Assembly: GCA_019114005.1 (NCBI GenBank)
Contig: DXGH01000010.1
Coordinates: 6,723-70,722, forward strand
Direction: 5' to 3'
DNA length: 64,000 nucleotides
Source: Candidatus Acetatifactor stercoripullorum
GTDB taxonomy: Bacteria > Bacillota > Clostridia > Lachnospirales > Lachnospiraceae
Shown: positions 30,142 through 40,127 of the stretch, piece by piece
How the letters are laid out: the number at the start of each line of letters is the position of its first letter
Position numbering within the stretch: the first letter of the stretch is position 1
Translations under genes and position numbers: made by a program
Notes under the pieces: model-generated
What the model saw: only the letters and a program-made list of their open reading frames with translations
Told to the model about the DNA's origin: nothing
The model's database searches: none

Positions 30142-33100
30142 TTACAAAGCTCCGCCGTACAGGGCCACCAGCCTCTGCAGATAAGCCATTCGCTCTTTCG
30201 CCTGGTTCTCCGCCTGGGCAAACAGCTCCTGTGCCCGCTCTGGATTCGAACGCTGCAAGGCGTCGTAGCGCACCTCTCCGGACAGGAAATCCTGATAATC
30301 TTCCGTGGGCAGCTTGCTGTCTAAGGTGAATGCGCCGGCCTGTGTTCCCCGATTGCGGGGATCAAACCGGAACAGATGCCAGTATCCGGTCTTTACCGCC
30401 TTTTCCTCTTCCGTCTGGGAACAGGACATTCCCACCTTGATTCCGTGGCTGATACAAGGAGCATAAGCAATAATCAGGGAAGGCCCCTCATAGCTTTCCG
30501 CCTCCAGAAAGGCCTTGATGCACTGGTTGTAATCAGCTCCCATGGCAATCTGCGCCACATACACGTTTCCGTAGCTCATGGCAATGCCGGCCAGGTCCTT
30601 TTTCCGGGTGGGCTTGCCTCCTGCCGCAAACTTTGCAACGGAGCCTGTGGGCGTGGACTTGGAGGACTGGCCCCCGGTGTTGGAATACATTTCTGTGTCA
30701 AACACCAAAATGTTGATATCCTGTCCGCTTGCCAGCACATGGTCCAGACCGCCGAAGCCGATATCATAGGCCCAGCCGTCGCCGCCGAAAATCCACTGGG
30801 ATTTCTTTCCCAGAAAATCCTTTTCCTCCAGAATCTCCAAAATCTCCTTTTGTTGATCCCCGTCAGCCTCTTTTGCCAGACAGGCCTCAAGCTGTATCGT
30901 GGCTTGCCCATTTAAGGCTCCATTCTGGAAGGTATCCGTCCACTGCGCAATGGCCTCCCGCAGAGTGTCGCTGATGTTTTGTGTCTCCAACGCTTCCAGC
31001 TCTTCCCTCAGCCGCTTTCTGATGCTTTTTTGTGCCAGCAGCATACCATAGCCAAACTCTGCCGCATCCTCAAACAAAGAATTGGACCAGGCCGGACCTC
31101 TTCCCTGATCATCCGTGGTATAAGGTGTGGAGGGGGCAGAATTTCCCCATATGGAGGAGCAGCCCGTTGCATTCGCAATATACATCCTGTCCCCAAAGAG
31201 CTGTGTAGCAAGCTTTGCGTAGGGCGTCTCCCCACATCCCGCGCAGGCTCCTGAAAACTCCAGAAGGGGCTTTTTAAACTGGCTGCCCTTAACTGTGGAA
31301 GCCTTAAATTTCTCTAAAACCTCCGGCTTTGCAGGCAGTGCCTTGCAAAAGTCAAACTGCTTCTGCAGCGCTGTCCTCTCTGCCTTTGGCAGTGTGGAAA
31401 CCGCCGTCATGGAGAGAGCCTTGGCGCCCATCTTTCCCGGACACACATTAGCGCAGGAGCCACAGCCCACACAGTCTGCAGGAGACACTGTAACAGCAAA
31501 ATACATTCCCGGCATCCCCATCATGGGAATAACTTTCATGCCATCCGGCGCGGCATCCGCTTCCTCTTTGGTAAGCACCGCAGGCCGGATAACCGCATGG
31601 GGACACACAAAGGCGCAGCGGTTGCACTGAATACAGTTTTCACAATTCCAGGCAGGAATATCCACCGCCGTATTTCGGCGCTCGTGGGCCGATGTGCCGG
31701 AGGGGACGGAACCATCCTGATACTCCAAAAAGGCTGATACCGGAAGCGCATCTCCCTTTTGCGCATTTACCTTCTGCTGAATCTGCTCCACATATCTTAC
31801 CACCTCTGGCCTATCCTTCAGGGTTTCTGTCTTTTGCTCCTCTTCCACGGCATCCGCCCACCGCTCCGGAACCTCCACCTTTACGATATTTTGGGCTCCC
31901 GCATCGATGGCAGCATAATTCATCTGAACCACCTGGTCACCCTTTTTCTGATAGCTTGCCCTGGCGGCGTCCTTCATATACTGCAAGGCGTCTTCCCTGG
32001 GAATGATATCTGTCAGCGCAAAAAAGGCGGACTGCAAAATGGTGTTGATTCTTCCCTTTAAGCCGATTTTCCTGCACAGCCCCACGCCGTCTATAATATA
32101 AAAACGGATATGGTTTCTGGCTATGAACCGCTTTACCGAAGCGGGCAGCCGTTCCTCTAACTGCGCGCTGTCCCAGGTGCAGTTTAACAGGAAAATGCCT
32201 CCCTCCTTCAAATCCTGCACCATGTCGTATCTGCGCAGATAGGACTGGTTGTGGCAGGCCACAAAATCTGCCTTTTCTATCAGGTAGGTAGACTTGATGG
32301 GACTGTCTCCAAACCTTAAATGAGAAACGGTAAGCCCTCCTGATTTCTTGGAGTCATAAGAAAAGTAAGCCTGTACATATTTATCCGTATGATTGCCGAT
32401 AATCTTAATGGAATTTTTGTTGGCTCCCACTGTTCCGTCACTGCCAAGGCCCCAGAATTTCGCGCTGTAAATATCCTTTGGCGCAGTGTGGATCTGTTCC
32501 GTAAGCTCTAAGGACAAATGCGTCACATCATCCAAAATTCCCACGGTAAACCGCTTCTTTTCCCGGTTGTCAAACACCGCCTTGATCTGGCTTGGGGTGG
32601 TATCCTTGCTGCTTAAGCCGTATCTGCCGGAAAAAATCTCAACGCTGTGAAATTTGCTGTCCCGCAAGGCTGCAGCCACATCCAGATAAAGGGGCTCGCC
32701 TATGGCGCCAGGCTCCTTGGTGCGGTCCAACACAGTAATCCTCTTTACAGAATCCGGGATGACTGCAAGCAGATGCTCTGCACTAAAGGGGCGGTATAAA
32801 TGAACCTCCACTACCCCCAGTCTTTCTCCGGAAGCATTCAGATAATCCACTGTCTCCTCGATGGTCTGACACACGCTTCCCATGGCTATAATCACATGCT
32901 CCGCATCCTGGACGCCATAATAATTGAATAATCCGTAATGGGTCCCTATTTTCTCATTGATCTGGTTCATATAAGACTCCACAAGACCCGGCAGCGCATC
33001 GTAAGCCCCATTGCTGGCCTCTCTTGCTTGAAAAAAGATATCCGGATTCTGGGCGGAGCCCATCTGTCTGGCGTGATTGGGGTTTAAGGCGTTCTTGCGA

Positions 33101-33708
33101 AATGCCTTTACAGCCTCCAAATCCATCAGCGCCTTCAAGTCCTCATAGTCCCACGCTGCAATCTTTTGTACCTCGTGGGAGGTGCGGAAGCCGTCAAAAA
33201 AGTGAAGGAAGGGCAGTCTGCCCTTGACCGCCGCCAGATGCACCACAGGTGCCAGATCCATTACCTCCTGCACGGAAGCGCTGGCCAGCATGGCCACCCC
33301 TGTCTGCCTGCAGGCATATACATCGGAATGATCGCCAAAAATGGACAGCGCATGACTTGCTATGGTTCTTGCCGCAACATGAAACACCCCCGGAAGCCGT
33401 TCTCCCGCAATTTTGTATAAATTGGGAATCATGAGCAAAAGTCCCTGAGAGGCTGTGAAGGTAGTGGTCAGGGCTCCCGCTGCCAGCGAGCCGTGGACGG
33501 CTCCCGCTGCGCCTGCCTCAGACTGCATCTCCGTCACCCAAACCTCCTGCCCGAAAATATTTTTTCTCCCCTGATTGGCCCATTCATCCGTCACCTCTGC
33601 CATGGCAGAGGATGGGGTGATGGGATAAATGGCGGCTACATCACTGTAGGCATAGGCCACATGAGCCGCCGCCTGATTGCCGTCCATTGTCATCTTTTTC
33701 CGCACCAT
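30142..33708 (-). CDS. nifJ: Pyruvate:ferredoxin (flavodoxin) oxidoreductase
   Basis: DGNQAAA, YPITPSS, EMQSEAGAAG, CIQCNRC, FSGACAGCGE, GGDGWAYDIG. Confidence 0.97.
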   Translation of the reverse strand: MVRKKMTMDGNQAAAHVAYAYSDVAAIYPITPSSAMAEVTDEWANQGRKNIFGQEVWVTEMQSEAGAAGAVHGSLAAGALTTTFTASQGLLLMIPNLYKIAGERLPGVFHVAARTIASHALSIFGDHSDVYACRQTGVAMLASASVQEVMDLAPVVHLAAVKGRLPFLHFFDGFRTSHEVQKIAAWDYEDLKALMDLEAVKAFRKNALNPNHARQMGSAQNPDIFFQAREASNGAYDALPGLVESYMNQINEKIGTHYGLFNYYGVQDAEHVIIAMGSVCQTIEETVDYLNASGERLGVVEVHLYRPFSAEHLLAVIPDSVKRITVLDRTKEPGAIGEPLYLDVAAALRDSKFHSVEIFSGRYGLSSKDTTPSQIKAVFDNREKKRFTVGILDDVTHLSLELTEQIHTAPKDIYSAKFWGLGSDGTVGANKNSIKIIGNHTDKYVQAYFSYDSKKSGGLTVSHLRFGDSPIKSTYLIEKADFVACHNQSYLRRYDMVQDLKEGGIFLLNCTWDSAQLEERLPASVKRFIARNHIRFYIIDGVGLCRKIGLKGRINTILQSAFFALTDIIPREDALQYMKDAARASYQKKGDQVVQMNYAAIDAGAQNIVKVEVPERWADAVEEEQKTETLKDRPEVVRYVEQIQQKVNAQKGDALPVSAFLEYQDGSVPSGTSAHERRNTAVDIPAWNCENCIQCNRCAFVCPHAVIRPAVLTKEEADAAPDGMKVIPMMGMPGMYFAVTVSPADCVGCGSCANVCPGKMGAKALSMTAVSTLPKAERTALQKQFDFCKALPAKPEVLEKFKASTVKGSQFKKPLLEFSGACAGCGETPYAKLATQLFGDRMYIANATGCSSIWGNSAPSTPYTTDDQGRGPAWSNSLFEDAAEFGYGMLLAQKSIRKRLREELEALETQNISDTLREAIAQWTDTFQNGALNGQATIQLEACLAKEADGDQQKEILEILEEKDFLGKKSQWIFGGDGWAYDIGFGGLDHVLASGQDINILVFDTEMYSNTGGQSSKSTPTGSVAKFAAGGKPTRKKDLAGIAMSYGNVYVAQIAMGADYNQCIKAFLEAESYEGPSLIIAYAPCISHGIKVGMSCSQTEEEKAVKTGYWHLFRFDPRNRGTQAGAFTLDSKLPTEDYQDFLSGEVRYDALQRSNPERAQELFAQAENQAKERMAYLQRLVALYGGAL

Positions 33709-33750
33709 ACTATCACCTCTTTTGAAATAAGCTCATATCTTAACTGGTTC

Positions 33751-33809
33751 TTGCTATTTTAATAGGATTATACTATAATGAAACAAATAATTCTGTTGTA
33801 ATTACAACT
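33751..33809. promoter_or_regulatory. Divergent promoter pair with Crp/Fnr box 2
   Basis: + strand TTGCTA-N17-TATAAT (33751-33779); - strand TATAAT (33772-33767); box TGTTG-TAATTA-CAACT at 33794-33809. Confidence 0.8.
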
Positions 33810-33837
33810 TTTATATGTATTTTAGGAAAAACAATCT

Positions 33838-34539
33838 ATGGAAGCTTACCTTACCTTTTTGAAAAACACCAATATGTTTCTGGGAATCAGCGAAGAAGAA
33901 ATCAGTACAATGCTCAAATGCCTCTCCACCAAAAAGCTACATTTCCAAAAGGGGGAATACATCATCCGCAACGGGGAGGACAACCACTTTGTAGGCATGG
34001 TGCTCTCAGGACATGTGCTGATAGAAAAAGAAGATTACTGGGGAAATAATTCTATTTTTGAGGAAATCGCCCCGGGGATGATTTTTGCGGAAAGCTACGC
34101 CTGTATTTCCCTCCTTCCCCCGGAGCTCAACGTTTTAGCCGGCACAGATGCCGACGTTATGTTTTTTGACTTCCGCAGAATCTTTACGGTATGCTCCTGT
34201 GCCTGCGTTTATCATACAAAGCTGATTCACAACCTCTTAAATGCCATTGCAAGAAAAAATATCAGCCTCACCCAAAAGATAGAACACCTGAGCAACCGCA
34301 CCATCAGAGGGCGGCTTTTGTCCTATCTGTCCGCAGAATCCTTAAAGGCAGGAAGCGCCGCCTTTACCATTCCCTTTAACCGCCAGCAGCTTGCCAATTA
34401 TCTGGCTGTAGACCGGAGCGCGCTCTGCAGCGAGATCAGCAAGCTGCAAAAAGAGGGAATTCTCTCCTGCAGCAAAAATAAATTCCGCTTTTTGCAGCGG
34501 CCTGCGGGAGAGGAACATTTACTGGAGCACCTGGAATAA
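33838..34539 (+). CDS. Crp/Fnr family transcriptional regulator (paralog 2)
   Basis: CSCACVYH, HTH IPFNRQQLANYLAVDRSALCSEI. Confidence 0.92.
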   Translation: MEAYLTFLKNTNMFLGISEEEISTMLKCLSTKKLHFQKGEYIIRNGEDNHFVGMVLSGHVLIEKEDYWGNNSIFEEIAPGMIFAESYACISLLPPELNVLAGTDADVMFFDFRRIFTVCSCACVYHTKLIHNLLNAIARKNISLTQKIEHLSNRTIRGRLLSYLSAESLKAGSAAFTIPFNRQQLANYLAVDRSALCSEISKLQKEGILSCSKNKFRFLQRPAGEEHLLEHLE

Positions 34540-34541
34540 AC

Positions 34542-35201
34542 TCATTGCTCCGGTTCACGATCCATTGCCGCCAGAAGCTCCAGGTTCTTCCTCTCATAAT
34601 CGTTAAATACTGCGTCGTCAAATTCCTCACCTGCCACAGCAGGCCGGTACCATGCGCACCCCATAAAATAAGAGTACAAATCCTCATCTTTAAAAATGTA
34701 TCCATGCCTTGCATAGATTTCATTTTTCGCAAGATGAATTATGATCTTTGGATCATTTTGAAAATCCTCTTCCCTGTAGTATTTCATATCCGTAAAATAC
34801 AAGGGCTCTATGACATTGGAAATATCAGTGACGCCTCTTATATTTTCCCAATAATTAGTAACCTCCCCATAATATTTGCTGGCCTGGTAGTAAGAAATGC
34901 CTTCCGTGATTCTCTCCTCTATCTCTTCCTGAGAGAGACCGGCATAAAACTTTTCATAAAACTGATCCATCATTTCTTCGTAGGTCAAATTTTGTGTATC
35001 TGCTCCATTTTCCGCTGTCTCCAAAGAATTTTCCTTATTGCCTGACTCTAAAGAAGGTCCTTTGGGAGAGACTTCTTCTGTGGAAGCTCCCTCTGTTGCA
35101 CCCGGCTCTGACTGTATGCTGTCAAAGCTGTCCTGTCTTTCACAGCCCGATACGCCCAATGCACAAATACACATAACCATGGCAATCATTATTTTTTTCA
35201 T
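34542..35201 (-). CDS. YARHG-domain lipoprotein
   Basis: Signal peptide with lipobox LGVSGC; KNEIYARHGYIF. Confidence 0.88.
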   Translation of the reverse strand: MKKIMIAMVMCICALGVSGCERQDSFDSIQSEPGATEGASTEEVSPKGPSLESGNKENSLETAENGADTQNLTYEEMMDQFYEKFYAGLSQEEIEERITEGISYYQASKYYGEVTNYWENIRGVTDISNVIEPLYFTDMKYYREEDFQNDPKIIIHLAKNEIYARHGYIFKDEDLYSYFMGCAWYRPAVAGEEFDDAVFNDYERKNLELLAAMDREPEQ

Positions 35202-35266
35202 GGCTGTCGCTCCTTTCCATGTATGGCATTCATCGTGGTGAAAGTCTCAGCCCCAATAATCTAAAA

Positions 35267-35467
35267 CTATTTTTTGGCTATCTCCTCAGCTTTTGCACTG
35301 GACCACTCAATCCAAAAGCCTGTTAAGGCCGGATTGCTGTTGTTGGTATTCAGCCGTCCCTCCCAGTCAGATATGTCACAATTACCATATTGCAGCTTGT
35401 CTAATTGCTCCTGCATCAAATCCTTTCCCATTTCATCTCTTACCTCGTCCTTAATTTCATCTTCCAT
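35267..35467 (-). CDS. Small acidic hypothetical protein or gene remnant
   Basis: 66-aa ORF overlapping the oxidoreductase stop by 11 nt; no recognised motif. Confidence 0.35.
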   Translation of the reverse strand: MEDEIKDEVRDEMGKDLMQEQLDKLQYGNCDISDWEGRLNTNNSNPALTGFWIEWSSAKAEEIAKK

Positions 35468-36941
35468 TATTCTCTCTCCTCATGATTCTCCATGCGGCAA
35501 ATTTCCCCATTGCCGCTGCCGTTGGCAGCCCTCCGGGCCCCATTAACCATTGACTTGCAAGCAGTACATTATCAATCCCCTTTACCACTCCAGGTACTGT
35601 GATACTCTTCGCCTGCTTGGTCGTTACAAAACTCATATATGCACCTTTGTAGGAATTGCAATACCTTGTATACGTCATCGGCGACCATATATCAATCACA
35701 CGAATTTTCCCTTCTAAAAACGGATATTCCCAGACAACTCTTTGCAACGCCTGCTGTGCAATTTCATCCTTTATTTGTTCATATTTCGCCTTGTCTTCAT
35801 AAAGTGACTCCCAATATGTATAATCAGATTCTGTTTGAGAAAAATTAGTCTGCAAAATCATTTTACCTTCCGGTGCAAAATCAGGTTCATAGTCATAAGA
35901 CTGAATACTCATACACTTCACCATCTGACTTCCCACCTTCATCTCATCGCACGAAAATACTCTTGTACCTGTCAATTCTGGAAATACTCCATCTACAGCA
36001 TATGCCATCTGAAATCCACTGCTAACCGGATATTTATCCCGTTCCGCATACATTTTCTTAAGCCCCTTTGGTATATACGTTTCCGGTAATAATTTGCGAA
36101 ATGTATAATCTGTATCGCAAGCGCAAATCACATAGTCAGCTTCCACACTGCTTCCGTTTTCCAGCAGAACCCCTTCTGCCTTTTTACCATTCAATAAAAT
36201 TTGTTTTACTTCTGCACCTGTATGCAATACGCCACCATATTCTTTATATTTTTCCGCAATACGCAGTGACATTGCAAGTGATCCGCCCTTTGGAATGTCA
36301 CCATTTCCTCCCGTTACCGTACTATAGGAAACAAGAAAAGCATATGCCTGATATCCACTAGGCATGTAATCAATAATTGCACGCTGAATCAACGGATGCT
36401 TAAAACGTGTAGCCAATTCATTAATATCCATATTTCCATATTCTTTCATCACTTTTCCCATGGATTTCATAGACATACCTAATTTCATAAAATCAATGGG
36501 ATTCATTGCATCAAAAGGCTTTTCCACGGGCACTGTCATTGTTTCCGCCATGGACACATATTCTATCAGTTTGTTGATTTCGCTTTCATCTTCCGGCGAT
36601 AATGCAAGCATTTCTTTTCGCGTTCTTTCCTTATCTCTCCAAAAGGTCAATGTTTGCCCATTCAATTTTGAAGAAAAGAACATTTCTTTTTCGTGTACTT
36701 CCACGCCGTCCCCTAATGCACCAATCTCTTTCCATAATTCATGCAATGCACTTCCGGGTCTTGTTCCAGTCAACCAGTGAATACAATTATCAATAAAATA
36801 CCCCTCTCTCTTCCATCCGGTACATTGCCCTCCCGGCAAAGCATTCTTTTCATAAATCTCTGTATTAAAGCCCGCCTTTTGCAACAATACACCTGCCGTC
36901 ATTCCCGAAATTCCACCGCCGATAATTACAACTTTTTTCAT
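35457..36941 (-). CDS. FAD-dependent oxidoreductase, phytoene desaturase (CrtI)-like family
   Basis: VIIGGGISG Rossmann motif, GGQCTGW, SPMTY.RY, C-terminal PGGLPTAA; visibly AT-richer than flanks. Confidence 0.85.
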   Translation of the reverse strand: MKKVVIIGGGISGMTAGVLLQKAGFNTEIYEKNALPGGQCTGWKREGYFIDNCIHWLTGTRPGSALHELWKEIGALGDGVEVHEKEMFFSSKLNGQTLTFWRDKERTRKEMLALSPEDESEINKLIEYVSMAETMTVPVEKPFDAMNPIDFMKLGMSMKSMGKVMKEYGNMDINELATRFKHPLIQRAIIDYMPSGYQAYAFLVSYSTVTGGNGDIPKGGSLAMSLRIAEKYKEYGGVLHTGAEVKQILLNGKKAEGVLLENGSSVEADYVICACDTDYTFRKLLPETYIPKGLKKMYAERDKYPVSSGFQMAYAVDGVFPELTGTRVFSCDEMKVGSQMVKCMSIQSYDYEPDFAPEGKMILQTNFSQTESDYTYWESLYEDKAKYEQIKDEIAQQALQRVVWEYPFLEGKIRVIDIWSPMTYTRYCNSYKGAYMSFVTTKQAKSITVPGVVKGIDNVLLASQWLMGPGGLPTAAAMGKFAAWRIMRRENNGR

Positions 36942-36951
36942 AAATCTATCC

Positions 36952-37527
36952 CTACTTTCTTCTTATAATGTCTACAATCCACTCTGCCTTAGGCAACGCA
37001 ATGTCTTGATTTGTAGCGAAACGCTCCGCTATTCCTTGTACACTACACCAAAATGCATTCGAAATGATTAGAGGATCCCCTTCTTTAATGGTTCCTTCCT
37101 GCTGTCCCCATTCAACAATAGGCACAAACTGTTCTATCACATTTACTTTCATTGCTATTTCCCGTATATGCTCAGGTGTCGCTTCACTTCGCTGTGCTTC
37201 TGCCATCAATACAAAAAATTTTGCAGTGGCCGGCTGTTCTTTCATATACGCAAATAACTCTTCTGTGAAATTCACAAAAAAATCAATGGCATGTTCACAC
37301 TTCTGCTCTCCCGGATATGTCGTTCCTTCTACCCCCATTCGAATTAGTTCTTCATATAAGTTCTCTTTTGACTCAAAGTAATGAAACATTAATCCCCTGC
37401 TTATATTTGCTCTTTTTGCTATATCCGTAATCTTAGTAGCAGCATATCCTTTGCTAACAAATAACTCTAACGCAGTATATATAATTTCTTGCCGTCTGCG
37501 CTCTTTTTGCTCTTTCCGCGTTTCCAT
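36952..37527 (-). CDS. TetR/AcrR family regulator
   Basis: ALELFVSKGYAATKITDIAKRANISRGLMFHYFESKE; start METRK after AAGGA. Confidence 0.92.
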   Translation of the reverse strand: METRKEQKERRRQEIIYTALELFVSKGYAATKITDIAKRANISRGLMFHYFESKENLYEELIRMGVEGTTYPGEQKCEHAIDFFVNFTEELFAYMKEQPATAKFFVLMAEAQRSEATPEHIREIAMKVNVIEQFVPIVEWGQQEGTIKEGDPLIISNAFWCSVQGIAERFATNQDIALPKAEWIVDIIRRK

Positions 37528-37554
37528 ATAACACATCCTTTTCCTTAAATAAGC

Positions 37555-37603
37555 GTTCAATGAACTTTTGTTTAAAGATAGCATGAAATTTTCCGATTGT
37601 CAA
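37555..37603 (-). promoter_or_regulatory. tetR-oxidoreductase promoter with candidate TetR operator
   Basis: TTGACA (37603-37598) - N17 - TATCTT with extended TG; palindrome GTTCA-A-TGAAC at 37555-37565. Confidence 0.7.
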
Positions 37604-37619
37604 CCAACAAAAACACCCC

Positions 37620-38785
37620 AACCAGATTTTACCGGAAAGAAAAAACAGATAAAGAAACGAGGCTTTAAGCTTCAGCGTGAAGCGAAGGAATGGGAAGCTG
37701 ATTTCCTAAGAAAGCAGAAAGGCAGCACGGACATGACCTTCCGCTCTATGTATGAGATTTATATAGAGGATATGGGACACCGATGCCGCCAGAGCACCAT
37801 TGACGGGAAGAAGCATGTATTCGAGAAGCTCATCCTCCCTTATTTTGAGAATAAGCCCATCAACAAGATTACTCCCAAGGATATCAGGGCATGGCAGAAT
37901 GAATTAATTGGGAAAGAGTATTCCAACTCCTACTTAGACAGGATACAGAATATGATAACCGCACTTTTCAACTATGCCATGGACTACTTCAACTTATCCG
38001 AAAACCCTTGTCATAAAGCCGGGCGCATGGGAAAACGTGAAGTTGTGGTAAACTTCTGGACTAAGTATGAATTTGACCGGATACTCGCCGCAATGGAAGA
38101 TGATCCTACGGCACATGTTTCGTTTTCACTACTGTACTACTCCGGTATCCGTTTTGGAGAATTCCTTGCATTAACACCAAAGGACTTTGATTTTGAAAAG
38201 AATACCATCGACATTAACAAAAGTCTGCAGCGTGTCAAAAAGCAGGATGTGGTAACACCACCCAAAACACCGAAAAGCATTCGGAACATCATCATACCCG
38301 ACTTCGTGATGAACGAAGTCAAAGACTATATGTCAAAACTATATGATATAAAAGATACGGACAGGGTATTCCCCTTCACCAAATCTTATATCAATAATGC
38401 GATGGCAAGGGCTTGCAAGAAAAGCGGAGTAAAAAAGATTCGTATCCATGACATTCGCCACTCACACGCCAGCTATCTTATCAACTTGGGCTGCGCACCA
38501 CTGCTCATATCGGAACGGTTAGGACACAAAAAGGTGCAGACCACCTTAAGCACCTACTCCCACCTATATCCGAATAAGCATCAGGAAGTGGTGGATATGA
38601 TGCAGAACCAGCACAAGTTGGAAACAGTAGCTGCCGGTGCATCTGAAACCTCAGATAAACCGGAAAAGGACCCACAACCACAAGGCACAAAGTTCAAAGT
38701 CATAAGTCCAAAGGATAAAATAAGCCCACAGCAAGTCCACGAGAATGACTTAAGCCCATGCATCGGCTTCACCGGACGCACATAA
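37620..38785 (+). pseudogene. Tyrosine recombinase/integrase (Tn916-like, arm-binding + core + catalytic), probably 5'-truncated
   Basis: DFTGKKKQIKKRGF remnant of the arm-binding domain; catalytic R (GIRFGE), K (PKT), HxxR (HDIRH), H (LGH) and Y (YSH) intact; upstream in-frame sequence is the tetR promoter, with no RBS. Confidence 0.75.
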
Positions 38786-38788
38786 AAA

Positions 38789-38820
38789 GGCTCAACCCCT
38801 TGTAAACAAAGGGCTGAGCC
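38789..38820. terminator. Hairpin between the convergent integrase and tuf
   Basis: GGCTCAACCCCTT-GTAAACA-AAGGGCTGAGCC; followed by TTTTTAT on the - strand. Confidence 0.75.
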
Positions 38821-38853
38821 AATGAAGTCAATTGATACTCAAAAAGTATTTAA

Positions 38854-40041
38854 TTACTCAATGATTGTAGCAACACGGCCTGAACCTACGGTTCTACCAC
38901 CCTCACGGATAGCGAAGGTAAGACCCTGCTCCATAGCGATGGGATGAATCAGCTCGATGGTCATCTCTACGTTGTCGCCAGGCATGCACATCTCGGTACC
39001 TTCAGGCAGGTTGCAGACACCTGTAACGTCGGTTGTTCTGAAGTAGAACTGAGGACGATAGTTGTTGAAGAAAGGAGTGTGACGTCCACCCTCGTCCTTG
39101 GTCAGAACGTAAACCTGTGCGGTAAACTTGGTGTGGCAGGTAACAGTGCCGGGCTTTGCAAGAACCTGTCCTCTTTCGATTTCGGTTCTCTGAATACCAC
39201 GAAGCAGCGCACCGATGTTATCACCAGCCTGTGCCTCATCCAGCATCTTACGGAACATCTCAATACCGGTAACAACAGTCTTCTTCTTCTCCTCCTTGAT
39301 ACCAACGATTTCAACTTCGTCATTCAGGTGAAGAACACCACGCTCAACACGGCCAGTAGCAACGGTACCACGACCGGTAATGGTGAATACATCCTCTACA
39401 GGCATCAGGAAAGGCTTGTCTGTGTCACGCTGAGGATCAGGAATATACTCGTCAACAGTGCTCATCAGCTCAAGAATCTTGTCTCCCCACTCGCTGGAAG
39501 GATCTTCCAAAGCCTTGAGAGCAGAACCCTTAACGATAGGGCAGTCATTGAAGCCGTACTCCTCAAGCTGCTCGGTAACTTCCATCTCAACCAGCTCGAT
39601 CAGCTCAGGATCGTCTACCATATCACACTTGTTCAGGAAAACAACAATATAAGGAACGCCTACCTGACGGGACAGAAGGATGTGCTCCTTGGTCTGTGCC
39701 ATAACGCCGTCGGTTGCAGCAACAACCAGAATAGCGCCGTCCATCTGTGCTGCACCAGTGATCATGTTCTTTACATAGTCAGCATGGCCAGGGCAGTCAA
39801 CGTGTGCGTAATGTCTCTTCTCGGTCTCATACTCAACGTGTGCGGTGGAAATGGTGATACCACGCTCTCTCTCTTCGGGAGCCTTGTCGATGTTCTCGAA
39901 TGCCACTGCCTCACCAGTGCCAAGTCTCTCATGAAGAACCTTGGTAATTGCAGCGGTCAGAGTGGTCTTGCCATGGTCAACGTGACCAATGGTACCAATG
40001 TTACAATGGGGCTTAGTTCTTTCAAATTTAGCTTTAGCCAT
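38854..40041 (-). CDS. tuf: Elongation factor Tu
   Basis: [25 protein letters not shown]; start MAKAKF. Confidence 0.99.
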   Translation of the reverse strand: MAKAKFERTKPHCNIGTIGHVDHGKTTLTAAITKVLHERLGTGEAVAFENIDKAPEERERGITISTAHVEYETEKRHYAHVDCPGHADYVKNMITGAAQMDGAILVVAATDGVMAQTKEHILLSRQVGVPYIVVFLNKCDMVDDPELIELVEMEVTEQLEEYGFNDCPIVKGSALKALEDPSSEWGDKILELMSTVDEYIPDPQRDTDKPFLMPVEDVFTITGRGTVATGRVERGVLHLNDEVEIVGIKEEKKKTVVTGIEMFRKMLDEAQAGDNIGALLRGIQRTEIERGQVLAKPGTVTCHTKFTAQVYVLTKDEGGRHTPFFNNYRPQFYFRTTDVTGVCNLPEGTEMCMPGDNVEMTIELIHPIAMEQGLTFAIREGGRTVGSGRVATIIE

Positions 40042-40127
40042 TATGAATGTCCTCCTTAAAATGATAACACATATTATTTTTCCTGCCGAACCGTCATTTC
40101 CTGTATCCGGCAATCGTTAACTCGGCT

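Larger units (their letters stand above)
35457..38853. mobile_element. Degraded integrative element or genomic islet at the tuf 3' end
   Basis: Integrase converging on tuf, AT-rich cargo, integrase 5' end missing; left boundary uncertain and no second att copy found. Confidence 0.55.

Noticed and set aside
34531-34550. AATAAACTCATTG resembling the tuf 3' end (AATTACTCAATG) as a possible second att site
   Set aside because: Short, needs a gap and mismatches, and coincides with the YARHG stop codon; within chance expectation
38944-40059. Long antisense ORFs over conserved genes (also 9444-10055, 40527-41330, 45046-46323, 48817-49416, 59910-60881)
   Set aside because: Expected stop-poor mirror frames of strongly codon-biased genes (tuf, rpsC, fusA, rpoC, rpoB, glf); no independent coding signal
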